The position numbers and the translations under genes were made by a program. Below the pieces are notes generated by a model, which was given only the letters and a program-made list of their open reading frames with translations, made no database searches and was not told the DNA's origin. Below, piece by piece: positions 27,387 to 39,900 of a DNA stretch of 64,000 bases (the stretch's first letter is position 1; the number at the start of each line of letters is the position of its first letter). The DNA is from Lingula anatina. Taxonomy: Eukaryota; Animalia; Brachiopoda. Where the stretch lies: NCBI GenBank assembly GCA_051362555.1, contig CM120642.1:33356001-33420000 (forward strand). Direction: 5' to 3'.

Positions 27387-28811
27387 TTCCCACACATTGA
27401 ATGAATCCAGCTTCAGGCCCAGAGCACTGTTGTTGGGATTTTTTATGGTCCTTTAAACTACCGAGCGCGCTCGCTGAGTATTAAAACTGCATTCGAACTC
27501 CGTCGTGTCTTTGCTCCTCTCTTCTCACTGACCTGGTCCAAGATTTATTAACTCCAAGGTTGAAAAGTTTACATGTGTAGACGTTTTTCTCCGACGGAAC
27601 TTGGTTAAAATTCCTTCACTGTATCAACTTTATAACTTTGAAACTGTCTAGAATATCTGAATTGCACTTGTAACCTTGCAGCTTGGTTCCCACAGTCCCC
27701 AAATAGCTCAGTATTTTGGTCTACGCCGTGTAATGTCCGTCCAACTGCGGAATATTTAGGACAAGTTGCTCTATTCCACGGCTGGCCGCTGCTGCACAAA
27801 TTTACCCTGGTTTAGAATGACAATGCTCTCGATGCGGTTTCTCACCCGCTGCCCTCCATGCACCAATCCCCAGCGTGGGAAATATTTAGCCACGCCCCCT
27901 GCACCACGTGACTCCGCAAATAAGGTTATCCAATTACAGGTCGCGGCACACAGCGACGTCAACTCAACCGCTGACCACAAATTAGTAAGAGAAAGATACT
28001 GTTATCAGATCAAGATGTTAGCTGGGAAAGTAGACTGAAGAATGAAAGGAAAAAAAATCAGTTTTCTTGTACGGCGTGGCATTTTTGGGCAACTCTCTTG
28101 ATAATCTGCAATGAAAAATAATGATACTTATCCGAAAGTAGTTTAAGCCTATTCCGACTTGTCGTTTTGACTAATCAAATACCCAAGTGACTATGTCCTT
28201 TGAAAGATCCCCGCTGGATCAGTCCTGTTTGCACAAACCAAGTATTTATTTCTCTCCCATTGTGTTATTTATACCTGCACGTTGTATCAATATTTCGCCC
28301 CTTTCCTTTTTACGTTCGCACACTAGCCATCAAATATGTGTCTTCTCACACATTTCATTCGGTACAAATTATAACATCTGTCCGAGATAACAGAGTTATC
28401 TGTTCATCAAAATTACTATCACCTACTGCGCCCTGCTGAGGGCCGACTGATCGCGTTAAAGGCTGATCAAATTATAGATAAAACAAACCTTATTTAGCCT
28501 ATCCTAAAAGTAAACAAATAACTGAGAAGCCTATGAACAGCACAAATAATGCTTCTACGAGAACGGGCCATAGGAAATCGACTACACTCATTGAAAAAGA
28601 ATTAGAGGTACAGTAGTTAGAGGATGACGTCATCTAGTTTTCCGCCTGAGACCACTTGTTGAGACGATAAGCTGCGCATACCAGAGCGTGGGAATCCACA
28701 ACACGAGACATGTGAGAAACGCTACAAAGAAATTGAATAAAACTCTTAGCATTTCAGACTTCAATAAATTTCTCGTTGGATTACTTCCTATGTGGCTCTT
28801 TCCTGTGTGAA
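27387..28811. promoter_or_regulatory. Notch-responsive NRARP upstream region: cluster of CSL/Su(H) sites
   Basis: YGTGRGAA matches (either strand) at 27387, 27687, 27874, 28343, 28687 and 28711, weaker ones at 27839 and 28804. CCAAT ~27863, E-box CACGTG 27905, N-box CACGAG 28702. Confidence 0.7.
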
Positions 28812-29862
28812 ACAACGCAGGTTAATCCGAGGTACGGTATTTTTGGAAAAAGACCTATTCACTTTTTTGGGGGAAGGGGTTAGTTTGAGTAAGTGTATAC
28901 ACAATATGTGATTTGTCGAGGGTAATAGAACCGTTGATTGATGTGTGAACGCGGAGTTGGCGGAATCGACCAGCCGCACATATGAAAGGGGACTATTTAA
29001 ATAATTTGTTAGGTGTCGACTTCGGTTGACATGTCCTGAAGACTGTGACTGCTCGTGACGGACAAAGACAGAGAGGCCCCCCTGCGAGGGTGTTTGGAGT
29101 TTGGAGGTGAGACGACACCTTGATGACCTCCATATAGCTGTAACAGATCACAGTGCCGACTGCAGACTGTGAAGCTTACGATGGATGCCATAAATCACAA
29201 GACGAGTAAAAACTCAAATTTATCAGATAATGGGACGAAGCACTAAGTACAGTGCAACTGTGTGGGCCGCATAGCCGGTTGCAATAGCTGTAATGTCTTC
29301 ATTACTGTCGTGCAGGTCTTGGTTGAGCTGTAGAAATTTGTGAATGACTGTCTATTAGCGTGAGTAGTTGCTATTTATATTCGTTACTACTCTTATCATA
29401 AACGTATTGTACTCTACATGATCTGCGATGACGTCTGTACGGAGATGATATGCACGCTTAGTCCCTGTACTCTATGATAAATAAACGCACTGACACGAAT
29501 ACTATAGTCTTCTTGAATCCAAGGCAACTTATTATTTTATTATTTTTTAATTTTCGGGTCCATTTTTCAACTCCCGAACGAGAGAGAGAGAGAGAGAGCG
29601 ATTTGCTCCGTGCCTATCACGCGCCCACGTGCACAGACCTCGTGCACGAGAAAGTCGGTATCAATGCAAACAATTATCAGTTGGAATGTTGTTATGTGGC
29701 CCAGAACTTATACAAAACGTATGTCCTTCTCCACAAATACCGTAAAAATGACTTCAAGTAATGTTCCAATCCTCAGCGGAAAACACAGAGCTTCGCTAGG
29801 TTGTGGAATGTATTAGACAACAAACTTCAGTTTGGCGATGGTCCAGTTCAAACCTTTCATTA

Positions 29863-30032
29863 CAGGGGCGGATTTAGGCCGTCTTCTGGGTCTTCCGGAA
29901 GACGGTCAGATTTTCAAGTTTACATTGACGGGTATCTAATTTTTTCTGTCGGAAGACGGTCAAAAAATAGAGGATGGATCAACAAAATATAATATGGAAG
30001 ACCGTCAGAAAATATCTCTGGATCCGCCCCTG
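29863..30032. mobile_element. MITE with CAGGGGCGGAT TIRs and 5-bp TSD (CATTA)
   Basis: catta|CAGGGGCGGAT ... ATCCGCCCCTG|catta, with internal GGAAGACGG repeats. Confidence 0.8.
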
Positions 30033-30869
30033 CATTATATCAGTGCTTTGGTGAATAAAGTGAATAGCGCTGTTTCTTCGGCTCCAGCATGTGATATTTA
30101 TTAACTTCACCATTCAGTAAAAAGATTGCAACCACATGTAACATTCAGCATACAGACACGAAAAATTCCCAAAAGCAAAAACAAAAAAAGAAAACCATTC
30201 ACAAATCTGAAAAGATCAACAAGTTGGCCCATATATTGCGTGTGACAGCTTCTTATGTAACTCTATAATATATTTTAGGATCATTGCTTTACTAAGGCAG
30301 CGGAGGTTTGTAAATCAACAGACAATTTTTTAAGACCTGTTAGCTTTTTCTCGCAGTTCGTGGCAATTCTTTGTAAGGTTGACTTGCTCCAAGTTTCCTG
30401 TAACGTTGTTCTGTTTTTCATTGAAGGAATGTTCTGAAGTTATCCCTGCATTGAAGGAGAGGAAATGGAGTTAACTGGTTCACGCAGAGGCCGTTCTCCA
30501 GCTCGGCTCGATGCCAAATCAACAAACGCAGCCACTTTGAACGATAGATCCACGACTTATGAATGCGTTAGTTGAGACGAATTGTCCAGTGCGATAATTG
30601 AGCACCTTAGGTGAATTATGGCAACGCGGCTTGCGCCGAGGGTGCTCACGGATAGGGGCCTATCTGTATCTCCATTTACTTCTAAATACATAAGAATATA
30701 ATACTTTGAAATGACATTGTTTTAAAAAAGATAAAATCCACAAACTAAGAACAAGATAGACTTCAATCTACAATTATTAAGTTTTTGCTAGAGCTACAGC
30801 CAGAAAATATAAAATAATAATAATAAAACAAAAAAGTCAGTCACTGACAGACTGTGAAAGACAGTTGAA

Positions 30870-30965
30870 AATATGACGTCTATTACGTGGCCGCGGCACG
30901 CGCTGCGCTGGCGACGTTAACTGACGTCATGAGCGTTACCCAGAATCATTGTGTACTGGACGTCG
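30870..30965 (+). promoter_or_regulatory. Probable proximal promoter of the repeat-protein gene with CRE/ATF motifs
   Basis: Locally GC/CpG-rich patch just 5' of ATG 30999, with a perfect TGACGTCA at 30922..30929 and TGACGT at ~30875. Confidence 0.4.
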
Positions 30966-30998
30966 CCATTACAGTTTACATTTTGTAAGAAGCTAAGG

Positions 30999-33900
30999 AT
31001 GGATAATCTCATGATCTTTTGTTTCCTTGCCATTTTTGCAACTTGCAATTCTCAAGGTGAGTCTTAACTGGGCCAAGGATAGTTCTATTTTATATAACGA
31101 TGATGTAGCGTTGTTTTGATAAAGGGGGGGGGGGGGGGGCAATATTTGAGATAGATGTCTATAACAGTGTCTTCAATAATGCCATGAGTTCCTATGCACT
31201 GGACTCAATTGAGTCTGATACTTTCTTGTGACTTCTGGATGAAATTAATAAAAATTTCGGCTTTTCACTGTGGCATATGTACGCCTATATAGTTGTAATG
31301 CGTGCTTTTACGTGTAGAAACCGGGATAAGAGACCTCAGCATACATACATAGGGTTTATCTGATAAATGCTGTTTAGTCGTTTCTCTTCTCAAAAGCCTC
31401 ATTGCTTATTATGGCTTTAAAAAAAGCGGATACATGCTTTATTTATTTTTCTTTTGCTGCAGAAAGTCAAATGCATCTTTGTACCAAATGATATTAATCC
31501 AACAATCATTGAATCTTATTGAAAATTTAATGTAGATTTTAAGTCAAAATGCATGCTCTGAAATGTATTACTCTCAAAATTAGCCAAAGACAACAGCTGT
31601 AGGTCCTTGTGAAGTTTTTATTGTAATGTTTCGTCTCTGTAATAAACTGGCATTTTCCACATTGACTCTAAAGCTCACACAGTAATGTCAATACATTCAA
31701 GTTATACAACATACTTTCTTTTTTTTTTTAAAGGTGGTGTCCCTTATGAAAATATGGCTAGTGATGTAAATTTAAGGAAATGGATTAAACATGGAGAGTC
31801 AGCTAGCAGCGTCACTTTAGACAAAAACCCTTCTCTACTTGATCCAAACTGGTTTCTTCCAAAACATAAGCCACAACCGTTACGTCCAAAACAAAAGCCA
31901 CACTCTTTACGCTCAAAACATGAGCCTCACTCGTTACTATCAAAACATGGTCCACGTTTTTTACTTCCAAAACATAAGACACACAAGTTATCCCCAAAAC
32001 ATAAGCCACTTTTCTTACTTCCAAAACATAAACCACCCAAGTCAACCCCAAAACATGATCCACTATTCTTACTTCCAAAACATAAGACACACAAGTTACC
32101 TCCAAAACAGGAGCCACTTTTCTTACTTCCAAAACATAAGCCACCCAAGTCAACCCCAAAACATGAGCCACTTTTCTTACTTCCAAAACATAAGCCACCC
32201 AAAACAACCCCAAAACATGATCCACTTTTTTTACTTCCAAAACATAAGACACACAAGTTATCCCCAAAACATAAGCCACTTTTCTTACTTCCAAAACATA
32301 AACCACCCAAGTCAACCCCAAAACATGATCCACTATTCTTACTTCCAAAACATAAGACACACAAGTTACCTCCAAAACAGGAGCCACTTTTCTTACTTCC
32401 AAAACATAAGCCACCCAAGTCAACCCCAAAACATGAGCCACTTTTCTTACTTCCAAAACATAAGCCACCCAAAACAACCCCAAAACATGATCCACTTTTT
32501 TTACTTCCAAAACATAAGACACACCAGTTATCCCCAAAACATAAGCCACTTTTCTTACTTCCAAAACATAAACCACCAAAGTCAACCCCAAAACATGATC
32601 CACTTTTCTTACTTCCAAAACATAAGACACACAAGTTACCTCCAAAACATGAGCCACTTTTATTACTTCCAAAACAGAAGTCACCCAAGTCAACCCCAAA
32701 ACATGGCCCACTTTTCTTACTTCCAAAACATAAGCCACCCAAAACAACCCCAAAACATGATCCACTTTTCTTACTTCCAAGACATAACCCACACAAGTTA
32801 TCCCCAAAACATGATCCACTTTTCTTACTTCCAAAACATAAGACACCCAAGTCAACCCCAAAACATGAGCCACTTTTATTACTTCCCAAACATAAGCCAC
32901 CCAAGTCAACCCCAAAATATGATCCACTTTTCTTACTTCCAAGACATAAGCCACCAAAGGCACCCCCAAAACATGGCCCACTTTTCCTACTTCCAAAACA
33001 TAAGCCACCAAAGTTTCCCCCAAAACACGAGACACTTTTATTACTTCCAAGTCATAAGACACCCAAGGCACCCCCACAACATGGCCCACTTTTCTTACTT
33101 CCAAAACAAATGGCAACCAAGTTACCCCCAAAACATGGCCCACTTTTCTTACTTCCAAAACATAAGACACCCAAGTCACCCCCAACAAATGAGCCACTTT
33201 TATTACTTCCAAAACATAAGACACCTAAGTCTCCCCCAAAACATGAGCCACTTTTATTACTTCCAAAACACAAGCCACCAAAGTTACCTCCAAACCATGA
33301 TCCACTTTTGCTACTTCTCAAACATAAGACACCCAAGTTTCCCCCAAAACATGAGCCACTTTTATTACTTCCAAAACATAACATACCCAAGTCTACCCCA
33401 AAACATGAGCCACTTTTATTACTTCCAAGACATAAGACACCCCCAAAACATGGCCCACTTTCCTTACTTCCAAAACATAAGCCACCAAAGTCTCCCCAAA
33501 AACATGAGCCACTTTTCTTACTTCCAGAACATAAGCCACCCAAGTTACCCCCAAAACATGATCGACTTTTCTTATTTCCAAAACATAAGACACCCAAGTC
33601 TCCCCAAAAAGATGAGCCACTTTTATTACTTCCAAAACAAAAGCCACCCAAGTTACCCCCAAAACATGATCGACTTTTCTTACTTCCAAAACATAAGACA
33701 CCAAAGTCTCCCCCAAAACATGAGACACATTTATCACTTCCAAGACATAAGACACCCAAGGCACCCCCAAAACATGGCCCACTTTTCTTACTTCCAAAAC
33801 ATAAGCCACCAAAGTCATCCCCAAAACATGGCCCATTTTTCTTACTTCCAAAACATAAGTCACCCAAGATTCCCCCAAAACATGAGCCACTTTTATTACT

Positions 33901-36900
33901 TCCAAAACATAAGACACCCAAGGCACCCCCAAAACATGGCCCACTTTTCTTACTTCCAAAACATAAGCCACCAAAGTCATCCCCAAAACATGGCCCATTT
34001 TTCTTACTTCCAAAACATAAGTCACCCAAGATTCCCCCAAAACATGAGCCACTTTTATTACTTCCAAAACATAAGCCACCCAAGTTACCCCCAAAACATG
34101 AGCCACTTTTATTACTTCCAAAACATAAGCCACCCAAGTTACCCCCAAAACATGGCCCACTTTTCTTACTTCCAAAACATAAGACACCCAAGTTTCCCCC
34201 AAAACAAGAGCCACTTTTATTACTTCCAAGACATAAGACACCCAAGGCACCCCCAAAACATGGCCCCCCAAAACATGGCCCACTTTTCTTACTTCCAAAA
34301 CATAAGCCACCCAAGTCACCCCCAAAACATGGCCCACTTTTCTTACTTCCAAAACATAAGCCACCAAAGTCTCCTCCAAAACATGGCCCACTTTTATTAC
34401 TTCCAAAACATAAGCCACCCAAGTCACCCCCAAAACATGGCCCATTTTTCTTACTTCCAAAACATAAGTCACCCAAGATTCCCCCAAAACATGAGCCACT
34501 TTTATTACTTCCAAAACATAAGACACCCAAGTCTCCCCCAAAACAAGAGCCACATTTATTACTTCCAAGACATAAGACACCCAAGACACCCCCAAAACAT
34601 GGCCCACTTTTCTTACTTCCAAAACATAAGCCACCCAAGTCACCCCCAAAACATGGCCCATTTTTCTTACTTCCAAAACATAAGACACCCAAGTTTCCCC
34701 CAAAACACGAGCCACTTTTATTACTTCCAAGACCTAAGACACCAAAGGCACCCCCAAAACATGGCCCACTTTTATTACTTCCAAAACATAAGCCACCCAA
34801 GTTACCCCCAAAACATGATCGATCTTTCTTATTTCCAAAACATAAGACACCCAAGTCTCACCCAAAACATGAGCCACTTTTATTACTTCCAAAACATAAG
34901 ACACCCAAGTTACCCCCAAAACATGGCCCACTTTTCTTACTTCCAAAACATAAGCCACCCAAGTCACCCCCAAAACATGGCCCATTTTTCTTACTTCCAA
35001 AACATAAGTCACCCAAGATACCCCCAAAACATGAGCCACTTTTATTACTTCCAAAACATAAGACACCCAAGTCTCCCCCAAAACATGAGCCACATTTATT
35101 ACTTCCAAGACATAAGACACCCAAGGCACCCCCAAAACATGGCCCACTTTTCTTACTTCCAAAACATAAGCCACCCAAGTCACCCCCAAAACATGGCCCA
35201 CTTTTCTTACTTCCAAAACATAAGCCACCAAAGTCTCCCCCAAAACATGAGCCACTTTTATTACTTCCAAAACATAAGCCACCCAAGTTACCCCCAAAAC
35301 ATGATCGACATTTCTTATTTCCAAAACATAAGACACCCAAGTTTCCCCAACAACACGAGCCACTTTTATTACTTCCAAAACATAAGACACCCAAGTCTCC
35401 CCCAAAACATGAGCCACATTTATTACTTCCAAGACATAAGACACCCAAGGCACCCCCAAAACATGGCCCACTTTTCTTACTTCCAAAACATAAGCCACCC
35501 AAGTTACCCCCAAAACATGATCGACCTTTCTTATTTCCAAAACATAAAACATCCAAGTCTCCCCCAAAACATGAGCCACTTTTATTACTTCCAAAACATA
35601 AGACACCCAAGGCACCCCCAAAACATGGCCCACTTTTCTTACTTCCAGAACATAAGTCACCCAAGATTCCCCCAAAACATGAGCCTTTTTTATTACTTCC
35701 AAAACATAAGACACCCAAGTCTCCCCCAAAACATGAACCACTTTTATTACTTCCAAAACATAAGCCACCCATGTTACCCCCAAAACACGAGCCACTTTTA
35801 TTACTTCCAAAACATAAGACACCCAAGTCTCCCCCAAAACATAAGCCACCCAAGTTACCCCCAAAACATGATCGAATTTTCTTACTTCCAAAACATAAGA
35901 CACCCAAGTTTCCCCCAAAACATGAGCCACTTTTATTACTTCCAAGACATAGGACACCCAAGGCACCCCCAAAACATGGCCCACTTTTCTTACTTCCAAA
36001 ACATAAGCCACCCAACTCACCCCCAAAACATGGCCCACTTTTCTTACTTCCAAAACATAAGACACCCAAGTCACCCCCAAAACACGAGCCATTTTTATTA
36101 CTTCCAAGACATAAGACACCCAAGGCACCCCCAAAACATGGCCCACTTTTCTTACTTCCAAAACATAAGCCACCAAAGTTACCTCCAAACCATGATGCAC
36201 TTTTGCTACTTCTCAAACATAAGACACCCAAGTTTCCCCCAAAACATGAGCCACTTTTATTACTTCCAAAACATAAGACACCCAAGTCTCCCCCAAAACA
36301 TGAGCCACTTTTATTACTTCCAAAACATAAGACACCCAAGTCTCCCCCAAAACATGAGCCACTTTTATTACTTCCAAGACATAAGACACCCAAGGCACCC
36401 CCAAAACATGGCCCACTTTTCTTACTTCCAAAACATAAGCCACCAAAGTCACCCCCAAAACATGGCCCACTTTTCTTACTTCCAAAACATAAGACACCCA
36501 AGTCACCCCCAAAACATGAGCCACTTTTATTACTTCCAAAACATAAGACACCCAAGTCTCCCCCAAAACATGAGCCACTTTTATTACTTCCAAAACATAA
36601 GCCACCAAAGTTACCTCCAAACCATGATCCACTTTTGCTACTTCTCAAACATAAGCCACCAAAGTCTCCCCCAAAACATGAGCCACTTTTATTACTTCCA
36701 AAACATAAGACACCAAAGTCACCCCCAAAACATGGCCCATTTTTCTTACTTCCAAAACATAAGTCACCCAAGATTCCCCCAAAATATGGCCCACTTTTCT
36801 TACTTCCAAAACATAAGACACCCAAGTCTCCCCCAAAACATGAGCCACTTTTATTACTTCCAAAACATAAGACACCCAAGTCTCCTCCAAAACATGAGCC

Positions 36901-39900
36901 ACTTTTATTACTTCCAAAACATAAGCCACCAAAGTTACCTCCAAACCATGATCCACTTTTGCTACTTCTCAAACATAAGACACCCAAGTTTCCCCCAAAA
37001 CACGAGCCACTTTTATTACTTCCAAAACATAAGACACCCAAGTCTCCCCCAAAACATGAGCCACTTTTATTACTTCCAAAACATAAGACACACAAATTAT
37101 CTCCAATACATGACCTACTGTTGCTACTTCTCAAACATGAGGCACAGTTGCTGCGTCCAAAAAATAAGCCACATCCGTTACGCCCTAAACAGGAGCCACG
37201 CCCGTTACGCACAAAAAGTGACGAGCCTCGTCAAAGTCATCACCGAGTGCAAGGAAGGGAACGTGATCTAGGTCTAACTACACCGTCACTCCATTCTCAT
37301 GAAAACTGGGATCACCTCCAGAGGCACCATCGTCGTTATCCTGGGGATTTACAAAAACATGGAATCCATTCCAATTCACCGGATTTTTCGAATCCAGTAG
37401 AGCAACCTGGTGGTTCTAATGAGAATTTCCACCACGGACAGCACCAAAGTTTTCATCAGCCTTTTCATCTGCGTCCTGCTCAACAATACGGACACTCTTA
37501 TAAGCACCGCAAACATCCTTTTCTAGCTCTACAGAACCGGCACGGTCAACAGCAACATCCTCCGGAGAGAGACCAACGCCATTTCAATCAACAACTACAT
37601 CGTCGTAAACACAAGCTTGGTAAGAAACAAAAAATGAAAAGTGAATTGCGCCTTTCTAAGATGCAAAAGAACTTCGTGAGTTTAAAGAAGACTTTAAAGG
37701 CTGTTCTGAACTTACTTCGAAAGAACAAGAAGCACAAGAAGAGCAGTCGCTCTGTTAACCGGAAAGGTTACAAAGACATGAAGAAATCATTAAGTAGAAT
37801 TTCGCATTTATTGCGGCTCCGTTTAAATACCAAACAAAAAAGTAATGGAGAAAATGCGCATGCAGACGATTTGAAGAAGAAAGTGAAAAAGGATCGAAGA
37901 ACGCTGGAAACCGTTCACGGCAGTTCAAAGAAAACACACGGAAATAAAGGACTTAAACATCACGCACGTAATTTGAACTTGAAGAAACAGGTGAAGGGTG
38001 AACGGAATACGTCGGCAGTTAAAAGCGGTAGTATTCAAATCAGTTTGGTGACACCGTCCACTCCAGTAATTCTCGCTGGGAGCCTGGAGGGGGAACTTGC
38101 ACTGAGCCCTAACATGAGTACCTCAGGTAGAAAAAAAGACATTAAACACCACTCACGTATTTTGAACTCGAAGAAAAAAGTGAAAGGTAATCGACGCACG
38201 CCGAAAATTGATAACGTTCTTTTAAGTAAAGCACTAATTAGCAATACAGGACTCAAATATCTCGCAAGCGTTTCGAAGAAAAAAGATAATAGACGCGCAC
38301 CAGAATCCGTTCAAGATATTTCAAAGAAAAAACACAGAAGAAAAGGATTCAAGAATCACGCACGACGCTTGAATAAAACGATGACAGGTAAATGGAATAC
38401 ATCGGCAGCCAAAAGTGGTAGTATTCAAATCAGTTTGGGGACACCGCCCACTCCAGTTATTCTCGCTGGGAGCCTGGAGGGGGAACTTGCAATAGAAGCT
38501 AACAGGAGCACCTCAGGCACAAAGAAAAGCATTAAACACCTCGCTCGTATTTTAAACTCGAAGAAAAAAATGAAAGGTAATCGACGCGCACCAGACGCAC
38601 GACGCTTGAATAAAAAGATGACAGGTAAATGGAATACATCGGCAGCCAAAAGCGGTAGTATTCAAATCAGTGCGAGGACACCGTCCTCTCCACTTATTAT
38701 CGCTGGGAGCCTGGAGGGGGATCTTGCACTGAGATCTAACAGGAGTACCTCAGGCAAAGAGAACCATGTCGTGCTAACAGACGTTGTTTTGTCTAAATCG
38801 CCGCTGCCAAAATCGCGCAGGACCAAGAACAAAAAGAAAGGCAGGCGTAAAAAACATAAAGGTGGCAAGCACAAAAATAGAATTGATCACAAAAAACGTC
38901 TTAAACGTGATCAAGATCTTCCGCTTATAAGGTTTATTTTAAGCAATATAAATACTAAAGCACACCATAAAAAACGAACAGTTGACCGAAATTCGCATAC
39001 GAAACGCTTGCACCGGCGACACCAGCTAAAATACAGCAACGATCTCGGCAAGAAACATTCTCGTCAACGGCAACACCTCAAAGTGCTCAGCAGGCACAAG
39101 CGTATCAAAAGGGAGACATATAATTCAGTCAACCCGCATCGTATTAATATCTTCGTCACTGAGACGGAGGTCGTGCCGGAAACTGAAGAAGAGATCCGGC
39201 GCCGAGGGCGACCTCTGACCACGACCAGTGCACCCAGTGGATCCAGTGTACCCAGTGGACGGGAGATGAACGGAACCCGCACAGTTCCTCAGACAAGGAT
39301 GGCCGTCAGTGAAAAGGCGTTCGAAGCATTTGGTGAGTATTCACCCAAACAGGTTTATTAATTATAGAAAGTAAGATACTTTGATAACACGGTTGTAGAA
39401 CAACTACAAATTTCGAGCCTTCAAGTTAAATCGTTATCCTCTACCAGGGACGCAGGTTGACCTTTTAACTAGATTTTCGCGGATATGTCCCAGGCTTATT
39501 CTTTACAATTTACTCTGCTGCCGATCTCTGGCCCAGGTAGAGGGTACAAAATTGTACGACGGGTTTTGAGGCGAGCAAGCGCAAAACGTTCCTGCCAAAC
39601 ATCTGCTCTCTGTTTCCAAGTGCCACTCGGACTCCGTATCTCTTTAGTCTCTTAGACAAGTACGTCCACGCTATCGTTTTTACTCATGAATGATACAAGT
39701 TATTATTACAATGGTGAAATATTTGAGAAGCAACCACTTAAACCCTTGCCAAAAACATGTAGCACACTGTCCACCTATGATGTTTAAATTTTGCCAAAAC
39801 GGGAGACAGCTCTACGCACCTCAAGACACGAAATCGGCATACCGTGCTTTGAACTCGTCTTTCGATGTTCTCGTAACAACTTTTTTTTTAAATGGCTAAA

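Noticed and set aside
27839-27881. Possible SPS paired CSL site
   Set aside because: Orientation is TTCTCAC...GTGGGAA with ~27-bp spacing, not the head-to-head 15-17-bp SPS geometry.
31685-31733. ORF-track start MSIHSSYTTYFLFFFK for the 2558-aa ORF
   Set aside because: This is the polypyrimidine tract and acceptor of intron 1; the phase-matched signal-peptide exon at 30999-31056 is the better start.
31856-37200. Array as CRISPR or non-coding satellite
   Set aside because: No unique spacers, eukaryotic context, and it lies in frame inside a spliced exon.
31812-37212. Long minus-strand ORFs (VLEVRKVGHVLG... and CFGSKKSGPCFGG... repeats)
   Set aside because: Antisense shadows of the 54-bp coding array. 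They are broken by stops, confined to the repeat, and have no splice or signal context.
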